Assembly (NCBI RefSeq): GCF_006345805.1
Contig: NC_043006.1
Coordinates: 96,844,001-96,908,000 of the forward strand
Source: Octopus sinensis
Taxonomy: Eukaryota
DNA length: 64,000 bases
Direction: 5' to 3'
Position numbers and translations under genes: made by a program. How positions within the stretch are numbered: the stretch's first letter is position 1; each line of letters starts with the position of its first letter. Under the pieces are notes generated by a model. That model was not told the DNA's origin. It saw only the letters and a list, made by a program, of their open reading frames with translations, and ran no database searches. Below are positions 1 through 13,905 of the stretch, in pieces.

Positions 1-40
1 TTCACATATTTTATTTTGTGTTTTTCTTACTCAATCCGTG

Positions 41-66
41 ATCATTATACTACAACAACAACAACA

Positions 67-109
<43 letters not shown>

Positions 110-178
110 TTGCTGTTGCTGCTGCTGCTACCACCACCACCACCACCACTACTACTACTACTGCTACTACTGCTGCCG

Positions 179-250
<72 letters not shown>
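41..250. repeat. Compound trinucleotide microsatellite (ACA/ACT/GCT/ACC/AAT)
   Basis: Direct runs of triplets; source of the low-complexity ORFs at 16-280. Confidence 0.97.
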
Positions 251-763
251 GTGTCAGGCACTGATTCTTGTGGCTTTTGATCTTAACAGATTGGAAGTGT
301 TATCACATACATGTTTTGTCTTGGTATAAGAGATGGTTTTCAGCAAATATTCAGCTCAACATCTCAGACTTGCTTGTCAGTTGTTTGACCTTAACCAGTT
401 GAGCATTCCCTTGGTGGCTGACGATATGTGCATCTCTGTTCACATGCAAAAGTAGTGGGGGACATCATAACTATGTGTTGAGAGGAATTCTTTAGGCCTT
501 TGTTAAATTCACCTCAGGAATCATGTGTTTAGTTCAACATCATTAAACAACCCTTATTCAAGGAGCTTTTGAGTGGGATGGGCTACCTCACCTGTAGAAA
601 ATTCTAACAGGGCCCCATCTGCAAGGTCATGTCCTGTGTATCCTTATATGAGATCACAATATCGCGTACATATGGTTGTGGTGCATGTGCCTGGTGTACC
701 CTTATCAGACAGGTAGTCATGATAGGTATATTGGGCTTCATGTATGTTACCCTAGTGTCACTC
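251..763 (+). mobile_element. ~550-bp (AAT)n-associated interspersed repeat, copy 1
   Basis: Same sequence family recurs at 1583-1611+3143-3598, 3794-4350 and as a 3-prime part in the 4429-5948 array; flanked by triplet microsatellites; no ORF. Confidence 0.8.
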
Positions 764-850
764 AAGAAGAAGAAGAAGAAGAAGAAGAAGAAGAAGAAGA
801 AGAAGAAGAAGAAGAAGAAGAAGAAGAAGAAGAAGAGAAGAAGAAGAAGA
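764..850. repeat. (GAA)n microsatellite
   Basis: Direct repeat run. Confidence 0.97.
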
Positions 851-855
851 ATCTC

Positions 856-1200
856 TCTAAATCATAAATTCCATAAGACATGGAAATCTAAGCGCAGAAG
901 GAAATGGATGCTGGAACTTATATGAGAATCGATCTAGCCTGCCCCTTTCGATATCGAGTTAATAGAAAAAAATATGAGGAACTAGATAAATTCCAGAATA
1001 TAAAGTGGGAGTTAAGATTCCTTTGGAACTGCATGAAGGTTATGGTAATTCCTGTCATAATGCGATCACAAGGTGCAGTTTCTGAAAATATCACCAAAAG
1101 GCTTTCAAAAATTAGCATAACAATTAAATTTACGCATTTACAGAAGGCATCTCTCTTTAATCTTCAGATATGCACTGAACATCTAAAGACACGAATAACC
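856..1200 (+). pseudogene. 3-prime fragment of an RLE-type (R4/Dong-like) LINE, endonuclease C-terminus
   Basis: ORF 904-1224 reads IDLACPFRYRV...KKYEELDKFQNIKWELRFLWNC..V.VIPVI...G...LQKASL, matching the RLE C-terminal pattern also seen at 34193-34615. Confidence 0.8.
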
Positions 1201-1257
1201 GCTTTATGTTCAGCGAATCAGTAATACAAATACTGTGCGTATAAATAATAACAATTC

Positions 1258-1465
1258 TTTCTACTAAAGGCACAACTCATGAAGTTTTTGGGGAAGGGAC
1301 TAGTCAATTACATCGACCCCACTGTTTCAATGGTACTTAATTTGTTGACCCGAAAGGATGAAAGGCAAAGTCGACCTTGGCAGAATTTGAACTCAGAACG
1401 TGAAGGACAAAATAACGCTAAGCATTTCACCTGGAGTGCTAACGATTTTGCCATTTCGACGCCGC
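1258..1465 (-). mobile_element. tRNA-derived SINE (octopus-type, family A)
   Basis: Reverse complement has tRNA-like head (GGCAAAATCGTTAGC...GTTCTGAGTTCAAATT) and body GTCGACTTTGCCTTTCATCCTTTCGGGTC; homologous to 12028-12233 and 63756-63935. Confidence 0.85.
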
Positions 1466-1509
<44 letters not shown>

Positions 1510-1526
1510 TAATAATAATAATAATA

Positions 1527-1561
<35 letters not shown>

Positions 1562-1582
1562 TAATAATAATAATAATAATAA
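1466..1582. repeat. (AAT)n microsatellite
   Basis: Direct repeat run. Confidence 0.97.
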
Positions 1583-3598
1583 CACTAAGCAGTGACTCGC
1601 ATGTCTTCTTATCTGAAATGAGAAAGTTTGTTTGTTTGTCTGGTTTTGGCATTAGAACGGGTTAAAGGGCATTAGATCCCGTCAGATTGACTTCAAAATT
1701 TACAGGGACATGTAAAATGAGGTGTGGATGTGAGTGGGCTAGGTTAGAAATCCCTATCTCAAAAGGTGAGGCTACTAGAGCACAAAACGCACACTTTGAC
1801 AAGTCTTCTCTCTTTCTCTTATCTGCCTGTCTTCCTCCGTGGCTCTCTGTTTCCTCCCTTCCCATCACTTTCTCTCTATAACGACGTTTGACAGATACTA
1901 CTATCCTTCCCCCGCCGCCTTCGACAGCGCTGTCACTCTTTCCTCCACCGCCTCCTCTCTCTCTCTCTCTCTCTGTAGGTCTGTCTGCATTCATAGAGAG
2001 TTTTATTATCGCCACAACCACCACACAATCATGAGAACAAATATTATGAATCAGATATTTATTGGGTTAATTTATATATGCGTGTGTGTGTGTCTGCTGT
2101 ATTTATATATAAATATGTATATATAACGTATATATACAAAGTGTATATATCTGTATTTATATATATATATATAATTTGTATACACTTGTATATATAATGC
2201 GTACACGTACACATATACATATATATATAATGCGTATATATGTACATATATATATATTAGGTATCCATTATGTGGTCGGTTGAGCTGAAAATATGCAAAC
2301 CTATGTTAAAAGTGCTGGCGAGTTTGCATGGCAACTATTTTTTTTCCTCAAATGAAAGGCGTGACCTCTAGGACAAAATTCCTCATCTCTTAAAATGTGT
2401 CCCGAGTAGACCCGAATGAAATCGGGTTATATTAACCAAAATGTGAAAAGGGGTCTAAATGGGGTTGGAAGGGGATTAAAATTTGCAGGAGCGTGTGTTT
2501 AGGAATTCTCTGTCACATCAAGCTAAAAAAATTGCGCCAGCCTTTAAATCGTCAATGTATTGAAGAAGTTTTGAATGCTTGCCATGGTGAGTCTACCGTC
2601 GTGAGAAAGAATCACTTCAAAACTTGGTGTTTAGGAATTTTCTTTTGCATCAAGTCCAAAATTTTACGCCAGCCGTTACACTGCCACTACGTTGCTGTCC
2701 GTCATTAAGAAATGCCAGCCATGGTGACTCTACTATCCTCAGATTCTATCCCTTCAAACTTTGGTTTCCAATATTTTTTTTATTTTTATTCAGCTCGCAA
2801 GTTCGTCTGTCCCTTTTAAATTTTAGTGTTTTGCTGTTTGCCTTGAAGCAGACCTTTCCGTTGTCACTGCCTGATATTTATGATTGATCTTTCAAAATAT
2901 TTTCTTTCTCTACTTACTCAAGATCTTTTGTTGTTTATAAATGGGAGAGAGAGATATATAGAAAGAGAGAAAGAGAAAGCGAGGGAGAGTCCGAGAGAAA
3001 GGAAGAGTAAGAGAGTGGGAAAGTGAGAGAGAAACGAGAGAGAAACAAAGAGGGAGAATGTGGTGATAAAAAACAGAATGGAAGCAACAGAAAGTAACAA
3101 CCACACTCTTACCCGCGCGTAGAGCGGGTCACCTTAAGCTAGTCTTAACTAATTGAAAGTGTTTCGTCTTGGTATAAAACATGGGCTACATTAAATATTC
3201 TGCTCGATACCACAGATTTGCTTATCAGTTGTTTGACCAGAACCAGTTGAGCATATCCCTTGGTGGCTGACGATATGTGCATCTCTGATCACAAGCAGAA
3301 GCACTGGGGGAGTATCATAGCCATATGTTGAGAGGAATTCTTTGGGGTTTGGATAAATCACCTTTGGAAACGTGGGCGTTTCGTTCAACTTCCTCAAACA
3401 AACTTTATTCAGGGACCTTGTGTGTGGGATGGGTTACTCGACCTGAAGAAAATTCTGATTGAAACCCACCTGCAAGGTCATGTGCTGTTTATCTTGATAT
3501 AAGATCACCGTATTGCGCACAAATATGGTTACGTTGTATGTGCCTCGTGTATATTTTACCCCAGTGTCACTTTGATGGCATGCTCTGCTCTCTCACAC
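1583..3598 (+). mobile_element. (AAT)n-associated repeat copy 2, split by a Helitron (parts 1583-1611 and 3143-3598)
   Basis: 1583-1611 (cactaagcagtgactcgcatgtcttctta) and 3143 onward (tcttaactaattgaaagtg) join to give the sequence seen intact at 3794-3860. Confidence 0.75.
1612..3142 (+). mobile_element. Non-autonomous Helitron
   Basis: Starts TC after A (1611), ends CTAG before T (3143); GC hairpin acccgc-gcgtaga-gcgggt at 3111-3129 nine nt upstream of CTAG; no TSD; contains microsatellites and two diverged ~135-bp repeats near 2493-2765. Confidence 0.8.
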
Positions 3599-3611
3599 AA
3601 TGATGATGATG

Positions 3612-3653
<42 letters not shown>

Positions 3654-3682
3654 TAATAATAATAATAATAATAATAATGATG

Positions 3683-3742
<60 letters not shown>

Positions 3743-3793
3743 TAATAATGATGATGATGATGATGATGATAATAATAACAATAATAATAATAA
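3599..3793. repeat. (AAT)n/(GAT)n microsatellite
   Basis: Direct repeat run. Confidence 0.97.
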
Positions 3794-4350
3794 TGTCTTG
3801 ATGCAGTACCAGGCAATGGCTCGCATGGCTTTTGATCTCAACTGGTTGGAAGTAATATCATGTACATTGTTTTTGTCTTGGTATAAAAGATTAGCTACCG
3901 CTAATTTTTTGCTCAATACCTCAGATTTGCTTATCACTTGTTTGAACTTAGCCAGTTGTGCGTGTCCTTTAGTAGCTCACGATGTGTGCATCTCTGATCA
4001 CAAGCAGAAGTAGTGGGGGAGGATCATAATCATGTATTGAGAGGAATTCTTCGGAGTTTGAATAATTCACCTCTGGAAACATGGGTGTTTTGTTCATCAT
4101 CCTTAAAACAAACCTTATTCAGGGATCTTTTTAGCAGGATGGGCTATTCGACCTGAAGAAAATTCTAACTTAGCCCCACCTGCAAGGTCATGCGCTGTTT
4201 CTCTTGATGTAAGTTCACTATTTCGCGCACACATGGTTGTGATGCATGTCCCTGGTGTACCCTTATCAGAAGGGTAGTCATGATGGATACATGATGCTTC
4301 GTATATTTGTTCCCTAATGTCACTTTGATGGCATGCACTGCTCTGTTACT
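3794..4350 (+). mobile_element. (AAT)n-associated repeat copy 3 (most complete)
   Basis: Homologous to 251-763; bounded by (AAT)n on both sides. Confidence 0.8.
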
Positions 4351-4382
4351 CTATAATAATAATAATGATAATAATAATAATA

Positions 4383-4428
<46 letters not shown>

Positions 4429-4429
<1 letters not shown>

Positions 4430-4639
4430 GGGCTACTCGACCTGAAGAAAATTCTAACTGGGCCCCACCTGCAAGGTCATGCGCTGTTTACCTTGATATG
4501 AGATCACCATGTCGCGCACATATGGTTGTGATGCATGTGCCTGGTGTACCCTTATCAGAAGGGTAGTCATGATGGGTATATTGGGCTTCGTATATTTTAC
4601 CCCAGTGTCACTTTGATGGCATGAAATGCTCTCTCACTC

Positions 4640-4688
<49 letters not shown>

Positions 4689-4898
4689 GGGCTACTCGAC
4701 CTGAAGAAAATTCTAACTTGGCCCCACCTGCAAGGTCATGCGCTGTTTACCTTGATATGAGATCACCATGTCGCGCACATATGGTTGTGATGCATGTGCC
4801 TGGTGTACCCTTATCAGACGGGTAGTCATGATGGGTATATTGGGCTTCGTATATTTTACCCCAGTGTCACTTTGATGGCATGAACTGCTCTCTCACTC

Positions 4899-4944
<46 letters not shown>

Positions 4945-5165
4945 TAATAAAATAATAGGGCTACTCGACCTGAAGAAAATTCTAACTTGGCCCCACCTGC
5001 AAGTCATGCGCTGTTTACCTTGATATGAAGATCACCATGTCGCGCACATATGGTGTGATGCATGTGCCTGGTGTACCCTTATCAGACGGGTAGTCATGAT
5101 GGGTATTTGGGCTTCGTATATTTTACCCCAGTGTCACTTTGATGGCATGAACTGCTCTCTCACTC

Positions 5166-5202
<37 letters not shown>

Positions 5203-5706
5203 TATAATAATAGGGCTACTCGACTGAAGAAAATTCTAACTTGGCCCCACCTGCAAGGTAATGCGCTGTTTACCATGATATGAGATCACCATGTCGCGCA
5301 CATATGGTTGTGATGCATGTGCCTGGTGTACCCTTATCAGACGGGTAGTCATGATGGGTAATTGGGCTTCGTATATTTTACCCCAGTGTCATTTTGATGG
5401 CATGCACTGCTCCTCACTCAATAATAATAATAATATAATAAGAATAATAATAATAAAAATAATAGGGCTACTCGACCTGAAGAAAATTCTAACTTGGCCC
5501 CACCTGCAAGGTCATGCGCTGTTTCCTTGATATGAGATCACCATGTCGCGCACATATGGTTGTGATGCATGTGCCTGGTGTACCCTTATCAGACGGGTAG
5601 TCATGATGGGTATATTGGGCTTCGTATATTTTACCAGTATCACTTTGATGGCATGAACTGCTCTCTCACTCAATAATAATAATAAATAATAATAATAATA
5701 ATAATG

Positions 5707-5739
<33 letters not shown>

Positions 5740-5948
5740 GGGCTACTCGACCCGAAGAAAATTCTAACTGGGCCCCACCTGCAAGGTCATGCGCTGTTTA
5801 CCTTGATATGAGATCACCATGTCGCGCACATATGGCTTTGATGCATGTGCCTGGTGTACCCTTATCAGACGGTAGTCATGATGGGTATATTGGGCTTCGT
5901 ATATTTTACCCCAGTGTCATTTTGATGGCATGCACTGCTCTCTCACTC
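4429..5948 (+). repeat. Tandem array of six ~210-bp units separated by (AAT)n spacers
   Basis: Units start agggctactcga at 4429, 4688, 4957, 5212, 5464, 5739 and end ctctcactc; unit equals the right end (from ~4140) of the 3794-4350 repeat. Confidence 0.95.
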
Positions 5949-6085
5949 AATAATAATAATAATAATAATAACCATAATAATAATAATAATAATAAAATAA
6001 TAAAATAATAATAATAATAATAATGATAATATTAAAAATGATAATAATAATAATAATAATAACAATAATAATAATCATAATAAAC

Positions 6086-6136
<51 letters not shown>

Positions 6137-6328
6137 TGTATAATAATAAAAATAATAATAATAATAATAACAATAATAATAATACTAATAATATAATAAT
6201 AATAATAATAACAATAATAATAATATATAATAATAATATAATAATAATAATAATAATAATAACAATAATAATAATAATAATTAATAATAATAATAATAAT
6301 AACAATAATAATAATAATAATAATAATA

Positions 6329-6370
<42 letters not shown>

Positions 6371-6387
6371 TAATATAATAATAAAAC

Positions 6388-6425
<38 letters not shown>

Positions 6426-6426
6426 A

Positions 6427-6462
<36 letters not shown>

Positions 6463-6614
6463 TAATAATAATAATAATTAATAATAATAATAATAATAAT
6501 ATAAAAAACAATAATAATAATACTAATAATAATAATATAATAATAATAATAATAATAACATAAAAAAAACAAAATAATAATAATAATAACAATAATAATA
6601 ATAATAATAATAAC

Positions 6615-6706
<92 letters not shown>

Positions 6707-6726
6707 TAATAATAATAATAATAATA

Positions 6727-6758
<32 letters not shown>

Positions 6759-6818
6759 TAATAATAATAAAATAATAATAATAATAATAATAATAATATA
6801 ATAATAAAATAATAATAC

Positions 6819-6886
<68 letters not shown>

Positions 6887-6891
6887 TAATA

Positions 6892-6936
<45 letters not shown>

Positions 6937-6972
6937 TACTATAATAATAATAATAATAATAACAACAATAAC

Positions 6973-7008
<36 letters not shown>

Positions 7009-7030
7009 CAATAAAATAATATAATAATAA

Positions 7031-7065
<35 letters not shown>

Positions 7066-7088
7066 CAATAATAATAATAATAATAATA

Positions 7089-7130
<42 letters not shown>

Positions 7131-7165
7131 TAATAATAATAATATAATAATAATAATAATAACAA

Positions 7166-7221
<56 letters not shown>

Positions 7222-7316
7222 AATAAACAACAATAATAATAATAAAATAATAATAATAATAATAATAACAATATAATAATAATAATAATAATAAATAATA
7301 ATAATAATATAATAAC

Positions 7317-7354
<38 letters not shown>

Positions 7355-7372
7355 TAATAATAATAATAACAA

Positions 7373-7428
<56 letters not shown>

Positions 7429-7441
7429 CAATAATAATAAC

Positions 7442-7505
<64 letters not shown>

Positions 7506-7562
7506 TAATAACATAATAATAATATAATAATAAATAATAATAATAATAATAATAACAACAAC

Positions 7563-7651
<89 letters not shown>

Positions 7652-7673
7652 TAATAAAAATAATATAATAACA

Positions 7674-7755
<82 letters not shown>

Positions 7756-7768
7756 TAATAATAATAAC

Positions 7769-7821
<53 letters not shown>

Positions 7822-7907
7822 CAATAATAATAATAATAATAATAATAATATAAAATAAAATATAATAATAATAATAATAATAATATAATAATAATAATAA
7901 TAATAAC

Positions 7908-7957
<50 letters not shown>

Positions 7958-7982
7958 CAATAATAATAATAATAATAATAAC

Positions 7983-8022
<40 letters not shown>

Positions 8023-8212
8023 TAATAATAATAATAATAATAATAATATAATAATAATAACAATAATAATATAATAAATATAATAATAATAATAATAATA
8101 AAATAATAAAACAATAATAATAATAATAAAATAATAATAATATAAAATAACAATATAATAATAATAATAATAATAATAACAATAATAATATAATAATATA
8201 ATAATAATAACA

Positions 8213-8244
<32 letters not shown>

Positions 8245-8277
8245 TAATAATACACAATAATAATAATAATAATAATC

Positions 8278-8308
<31 letters not shown>

Positions 8309-8321
8309 TAATAATAACAAT

Positions 8322-8358
<37 letters not shown>

Positions 8359-8365
8359 TAATAAC

Positions 8366-8397
<32 letters not shown>

Positions 8398-8423
8398 TAA
8401 TAATAACAATAATAATAATAATA

Positions 8424-8460
<37 letters not shown>

Positions 8461-8463
8461 TAC

Positions 8464-8500
<37 letters not shown>

Positions 8501-8551
8501 TAATATAACAATAATAATAATAATAATAATAATATAATAATTAATAATAAC

Positions 8552-8585
<34 letters not shown>

Positions 8586-8761
8586 TAATAACAATCATTA
8601 ATAATAATAATAATAATAATAAATAATAATAATAGTAATAATAATAATAATAATATAATAACAATAATAATAACAATAATAATAATAAATAATAATAATA
8701 ATAATAAAACAATAATAATAATAATATAATAATAATAATAATAATAATAACAATAATAATA

Positions 8762-8805
<44 letters not shown>

Positions 8806-8909
8806 TAATAATAATAATAATAATTATATAATAATAATAATAATAATAACAAACAACAATAATAATAATAATAATAAAATAATAATAATAATATAATAAT
8901 AATAATAAC

Positions 8910-8967
<58 letters not shown>

Positions 8968-8971
8968 TAAC

Positions 8972-9036
<65 letters not shown>

Positions 9037-9053
9037 TAATAATAATAATAATA
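5949..9053. repeat. 3.1-kb degenerate (AAT)n satellite with interspersed AAC and 1-nt deletions
   Basis: Direct observation. Confidence 0.98.
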
Positions 9054-11541
9054 GCATATCATCGGGAACAAGTTATACATGCAGTAGTGTGCAACAAGAG
9101 TTGCTCTCCAAAGCCTGACATGTACATACATAGTTATAGATAGACGATAAACCAAAGACATTATTCAGTGTATTGAGACAGTAACTGAAAATATGTGAAT
9201 ACACAAATACTAAGAGGATGCGAAAAACTGACCTTAATTCAAGAAATAAATAGGGGCAACTTTTCTCTTGCCACACACATGCACAGGGGTTAGAAACCGC
9301 TAATTAGGTTGAGTTAGGCACACCACAATTCCAGTTACTTTATATTCCCGGCTCAGAAAACAGATAGTCAGGAAATTGTCTGTGAGCATTCTTTGTATTG
9401 AATTAGACAAGTTCAAAACATCACATTCTCTGCGTAGCAAACAGTACATTTATTCATAACTGCATGTTTGGCTTCTATTTGTTTGTCTATAGTTCAAGTA
9501 ATTTACAGAAACTTACTCCATATCATCCTTCTTTAGCATATTTCTATAACATCTATGTTGTTCAGCATATCCCACTATCTCTTTCACTGATATTCAAAGA
9601 ATCCGGAATCACATATTTTCCTGACATTTGATTCTCTTCGTTGTTTTTGCATTTCTTTGCTTTAAGCGCATTTTTGCCTTTTTGTCTTTGTCTAAGTTTT
9701 ACCTTCCTGAGCAATACTCTCTGCCCTTATTCCTACAGGTTCTTCCAATAGCCGTAAGACATTGAGGTGATGCTACAGTTTGTAGTTAGTTAGTTAGTTA
9801 GTTAGTTAATTTGGCTCAAAAGCAAATAGCAAGGCCATGTAGCCAGTGTAAGGGTGGACATAGTTGTCGGTTATTGGTGTTGAGGACAAGGTGACTTCTT
9901 ATACAATTCTCGAAGCTGTCCTCAAGGATACGATTGGAGGTGTCCTGATAATAGAAGATTTGAGAGCTGCTTTTGATGTTCAGGCCTCTGTTGGAATCCC
10001 CCTTTTTTCCTTGCCTTTTTAGCTTCTTAAGACGGGACCTCATAAAGTGGTTCTTACTGCCAGGTGTATAGCAGCTGGACTATCAATCGAGCACCTTTTG
10101 CTTTGTCGCCTATCTCTGTATACTCAAAATTAGATACAAGTTCAAAGACGTTCTTTCTACTTCGAAATCAAGATAAGCAGATATCTGCAAACAGCACCCG
10201 ACCGACCGTCATTTTGCATCACATCAGTGCACAGTACCCGCTCATACCGTGCTTCAAATCTGACACCGAATCTTTCTAGGATTCTTGTGTTACGTGGTCA
10301 TATCCATTGTCGCATCAACTTGCATGCAGATGTTTCTTGTATCTTAGGTCTGCTGTCTTGCCTTGTTCTCAGTTTTGATACACTGGCATATTTTCAATTG
10401 TCCTTTTGCTACTAACGGGAGACACATCGGGACAGGAATATACATTGTAACACTCATTATCTAAGACTATTTTGCAAGAATAATGAAGCTTCTTCTAGCT
10501 TTTGTGAAGCAGAAACATGTCATCTTCCTTCGTGCTACTATTTAGATAACTTCCTCATGCAACAAACCAGACTCCTTAGTAACATGCAACTGCTACACCT
10601 TTCTGAGTCTGGATCCTAACCATGTCTAAGACACCACATTAGTTTACTACTCTAGCAAAGAAGCTGTTGTTGGTACTCTTGAAAGTATTGCACAAGTTTG
10701 CGTTGTTGTAAGGATTTGTATTTATATCACGTAAATATGTGTTTTAGTTACCAAAGTGTGACTCTATGAGTAGAGAGTATAAATACAAAAACCAAAAGGT
10801 TTCAGAACAAAAACTGTATAAAAGCGGACCTTTATATCTACCACTGATGTTGGGTCAGACGATTAAGCCTTTCCTAGAAGAAAACAAATATGTGTATGTG
10901 TGCATATGCGCATGTGTGCATGTGTAAATGCATGTATGAGTATATACATACATACTTGTATGCATGTGTGTGTGTGTTTATATTCATTAAATTAAGGCTA
11001 CTAATTTCCTATTAAATAAATTAACAGACGTTATAATTAAAGCAACTGCTGACTTACAAATACTTAAGGAATGATCAGCTATAAATAGTTCAGTATAAAT
11101 AGTGTGGCCTAACGTGGGGTATGATGTGTATATGTACCGTAGAGTGCGGTCACTTTATATTCGTAGGTTTGATCTCGTTGGAGGTATGTCACATTTAAAA
11201 AAGTGGACTGTTAATTTGGCTATCGCGTAATGCGGCCAAAAAACTACGATACGCCACTTCAAACACAGAAATGAAACAAAAAAATTGACATTAAATTGCT
11301 TCATAAAATAGAGTTAAATGCAAGAAAAATTAATAATGATAAATTAATAGGCATCAATTCTCTGTTTCCCCCAAGTTATAAGTAACATTTATATTCCCAA
11401 TTGGACGCAAAATGCAATATAATATTAGACGGGCAAAGATAAGAAAAATAATAACTGCATTTAGAATACAGAAGTCCAAAATCTGATATTGAATTAGTAT
11501 AATTAGCCCCAAATACAGAATGATAGGGATCCAATACAACT

Positions 11542-11771
11542 ACTCTTTATTCTTTTTACTCTTTTACTTGTTTCAGTCGTGTAACTGTGGCCATGCTGGA
11601 GCACCGCCTTTAGTCGAGCAAATCGATCCCAGGACTTATTCTTTGTAAGCCTAGTACTTATTCTATCGGTCTCTTTTGCCAACCCGCTAAGTTACGGGGA
11701 CGTAAACGCACCAGCATCGGTTGTCAAGCGAAGTTGGTAGGACAAACACAGACGCACAAATATATACATTC

Positions 11772-11808
<37 letters not shown>

Positions 11809-11968
11809 TATACGACGGGCTTCTTTCAGTTTCCGTCTACCAAATCCTCTCGCAAGGATTTGGTCGGCCCGAGGCTATAGAAGAAGACACTTGCCCAAGG
11901 TGCCACACAGTGGGACTGAAACCAGAACCATGTTGTTCGTAAGTAAGCTACTTACCACACAGCCACTC
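11542..11968 (-). mobile_element. tRNA-derived SINE (octopus-type, family B) with internal (TA)n and (AAGAGT)-like tail
   Basis: Reverse complement: GAGTGGCTGTGTGGTAAGTAGC...GGTTCTGGTTTCAGTCCC head, CCTTGGGCAAGTGTCTT core, tail of AGAGTAAAA repeats; near-identical organisation to 40871-41284. Confidence 0.9.
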
Positions 11969-12027
11969 ATTTTAAAATAAATTTTGTGGAGCTGCAAAAA
12001 TATTAAGTAAAGGACAATGGAAATGTT

Positions 12028-12233
12028 GGTTTCAAATTTAAACACAAGGCCAGCAAGTTTGAGGGATGGGGTACGTCAATTATATCGACCCCATTGCTCA
12101 ACTGGTGCTTACTTTATCGACCCAGAATGGATTGAAGGCAATGTCAACCTCAGCGAAATTTTAATTCAGAATGTAAAGGCGGACGTAATGTTGCTAAGCA
12201 TTTTGTCCGGCGTGCCAACGATTCTGCTAGCTC
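12028..12233 (-). mobile_element. tRNA-derived SINE (family A)
   Basis: Homologous to 1258-1465 and 63756-63935. Confidence 0.85.
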
Positions 12234-12689
12234 ATCATTTTGCAATGAAAACTAATACTAGTAGAAACGAATACACTCGAGCAAGCATGGACATTCTTCT
12301 CTCTTCAAGGAAATATAAAATAGAGGTTGAGGTAACAAGATGAAGACGCAAAAAAGGAAATAGTGAAAAGGCGAAAGAAAGTGACATAAAATGAAGCTAA
12401 GGTGTGCCCTGCTAAAATAATGGTAATAAAACTCCTACATGGGATATACCAGTAAAAAAAATAAAGAGTAAAAAAATCTGAACAGTTAGAAAATAGGCAA
12501 ATAAAATATGAGACCATTCACTGAGAAGAGGAAGAATCAGAAATGAGACTTAAGGCTCTTGCTTGTGATACAGAATCAGTCTTCCAGCCAGAAGTTGTCA
12601 ACGGTATATAAAGAAGCATAACACGTTAAGTAACCGCAGAGTATGTAGATGTGGAGGAAATATAATTAACAACTTCGTTAGTGGTTGCC

Positions 12690-13220
12690 TAATTTTAGTC
12701 GAGAGTGACAGTGCATTTACAAGGATAAGAGAGTTGGGACTATCATGCACTAAAACTGCTATCAGCATTATAGAACACCGACGCACAGCAAGTGGTATAA
12801 ACAGACATCAGGAAAGCATTAAATGACATAGCAGTGATACTCTAGGAGTTACAGACACCGACAGAAAGGGAGTTGAATGCTAATCGGGCAGTTATTGACG
12901 TCAAGGATCATCAGATCAGTAAATGTCTCCGATACCATACGGAGAAAAATTTCCTTTTAAAAAAATGCAGAAATTTTCTAGAAATCAGGATAACCAGAAA
13001 ATAGGGCCTGAAAATAGCTATAATCTTCATGTTGAGAATGATTAAAAAATACATAGCCAAATCCTGAGGACTAATATATATGCACAAAGCTCACAACTGG
13101 GCAGTATACATTATTTTGAAGATAGTCAATACAATAGTATATGGAATACAAGAAGATAAAGACACAGCTTACAGCCAAGCCATGTAGAATAGCGTAATGT
13201 TTGACCATTGCAAACGAAAA
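12690..13220 (+). pseudogene. Possible highly degenerate LINE AP-endonuclease fragment
   Basis: Weak resemblance only (IAILNVEN..., LIYAQSSQ...YFED); many stops. Confidence 0.25.
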
Positions 13221-13366
13221 AAAAAAAGAAGATATTTAAGATATTTATTATTATTACAAGTGAGCCAGTGAGGGAGACAATCTATGATTACGCATCGCCA
13301 GGAAGAAGTAGAAAATACAAGACGGACGATGGATAATATTGTCATTGATTCCTCGTCGAGAGAGAA

Positions 13367-13406
<40 letters not shown>

Positions 13407-13529
13407 GGACAGAGGGATAGAGGGACAGACAGATCGACAGACAGACAGAGACAGAGAGAGACAAAGATAGACGTCAGTCAGGGTTTGACTACCTTTGATC
13501 ATACGACTTGTCCATCGGGTTTCACTTGA

Positions 13530-13732
13530 GTTGAATAACAACAAAAGCAACAACAGCAACAACAACAGCAACAACAACAACAGCAGCAACAGCAACAGCA
13601 ACAACAGCAACAGCAACAACGGGGACTATAACAATGATAACGATATTTTATATCATCATCTTCCTTTTGTAATCATCAGCATCGTTGTTCTTGTCGCCGT
13701 CGTTGTCGTCACCATTTTCCACCACCACCACC

Positions 13733-13783
<51 letters not shown>

Positions 13784-13905
13784 GTCGTCGTCGTGGTCGT
13801 CGATATCATCATCATCATCATCATCATAATCATCATCATCATCGTCGTCGTTGTCGTCGTCGTCATTGTCGTCATGGTCGTCGACATCATAATCATCATC
13901 ATCAG
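13530..13905. repeat. Compound triplet microsatellites (AAC/AGC, CAC, CAT, CGT)
   Basis: Direct repeat runs. Confidence 0.95.

Noticed and set aside
3794-4350. Possible HDV-like ribozyme in the (AAT)n-associated repeat
   Set aside because: I could not build a consistent P1/P2/P3/P1.1 pseudoknot on either strand by eye.
4429-5948. CRISPR-like repeat-spacer appearance
   Set aside because: Repeats are ~210 bp, spacers are microsatellite, there are no cas genes and the context is eukaryotic.
5947-9161. Very long ORFs (up to 760 aa) of poly-Leu/Ile/Tyr
   Set aside because: Translations of the (AAT)n satellite on the strand lacking stops; no coding complexity.
9870-10430. More balanced-composition stretch that might be an exon or LTR-element fragment
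   Set aside because: No recognisable protein motif or clear splice-bounded frame; similar for 39974-40700, 49090-49480 and 54600-54850.
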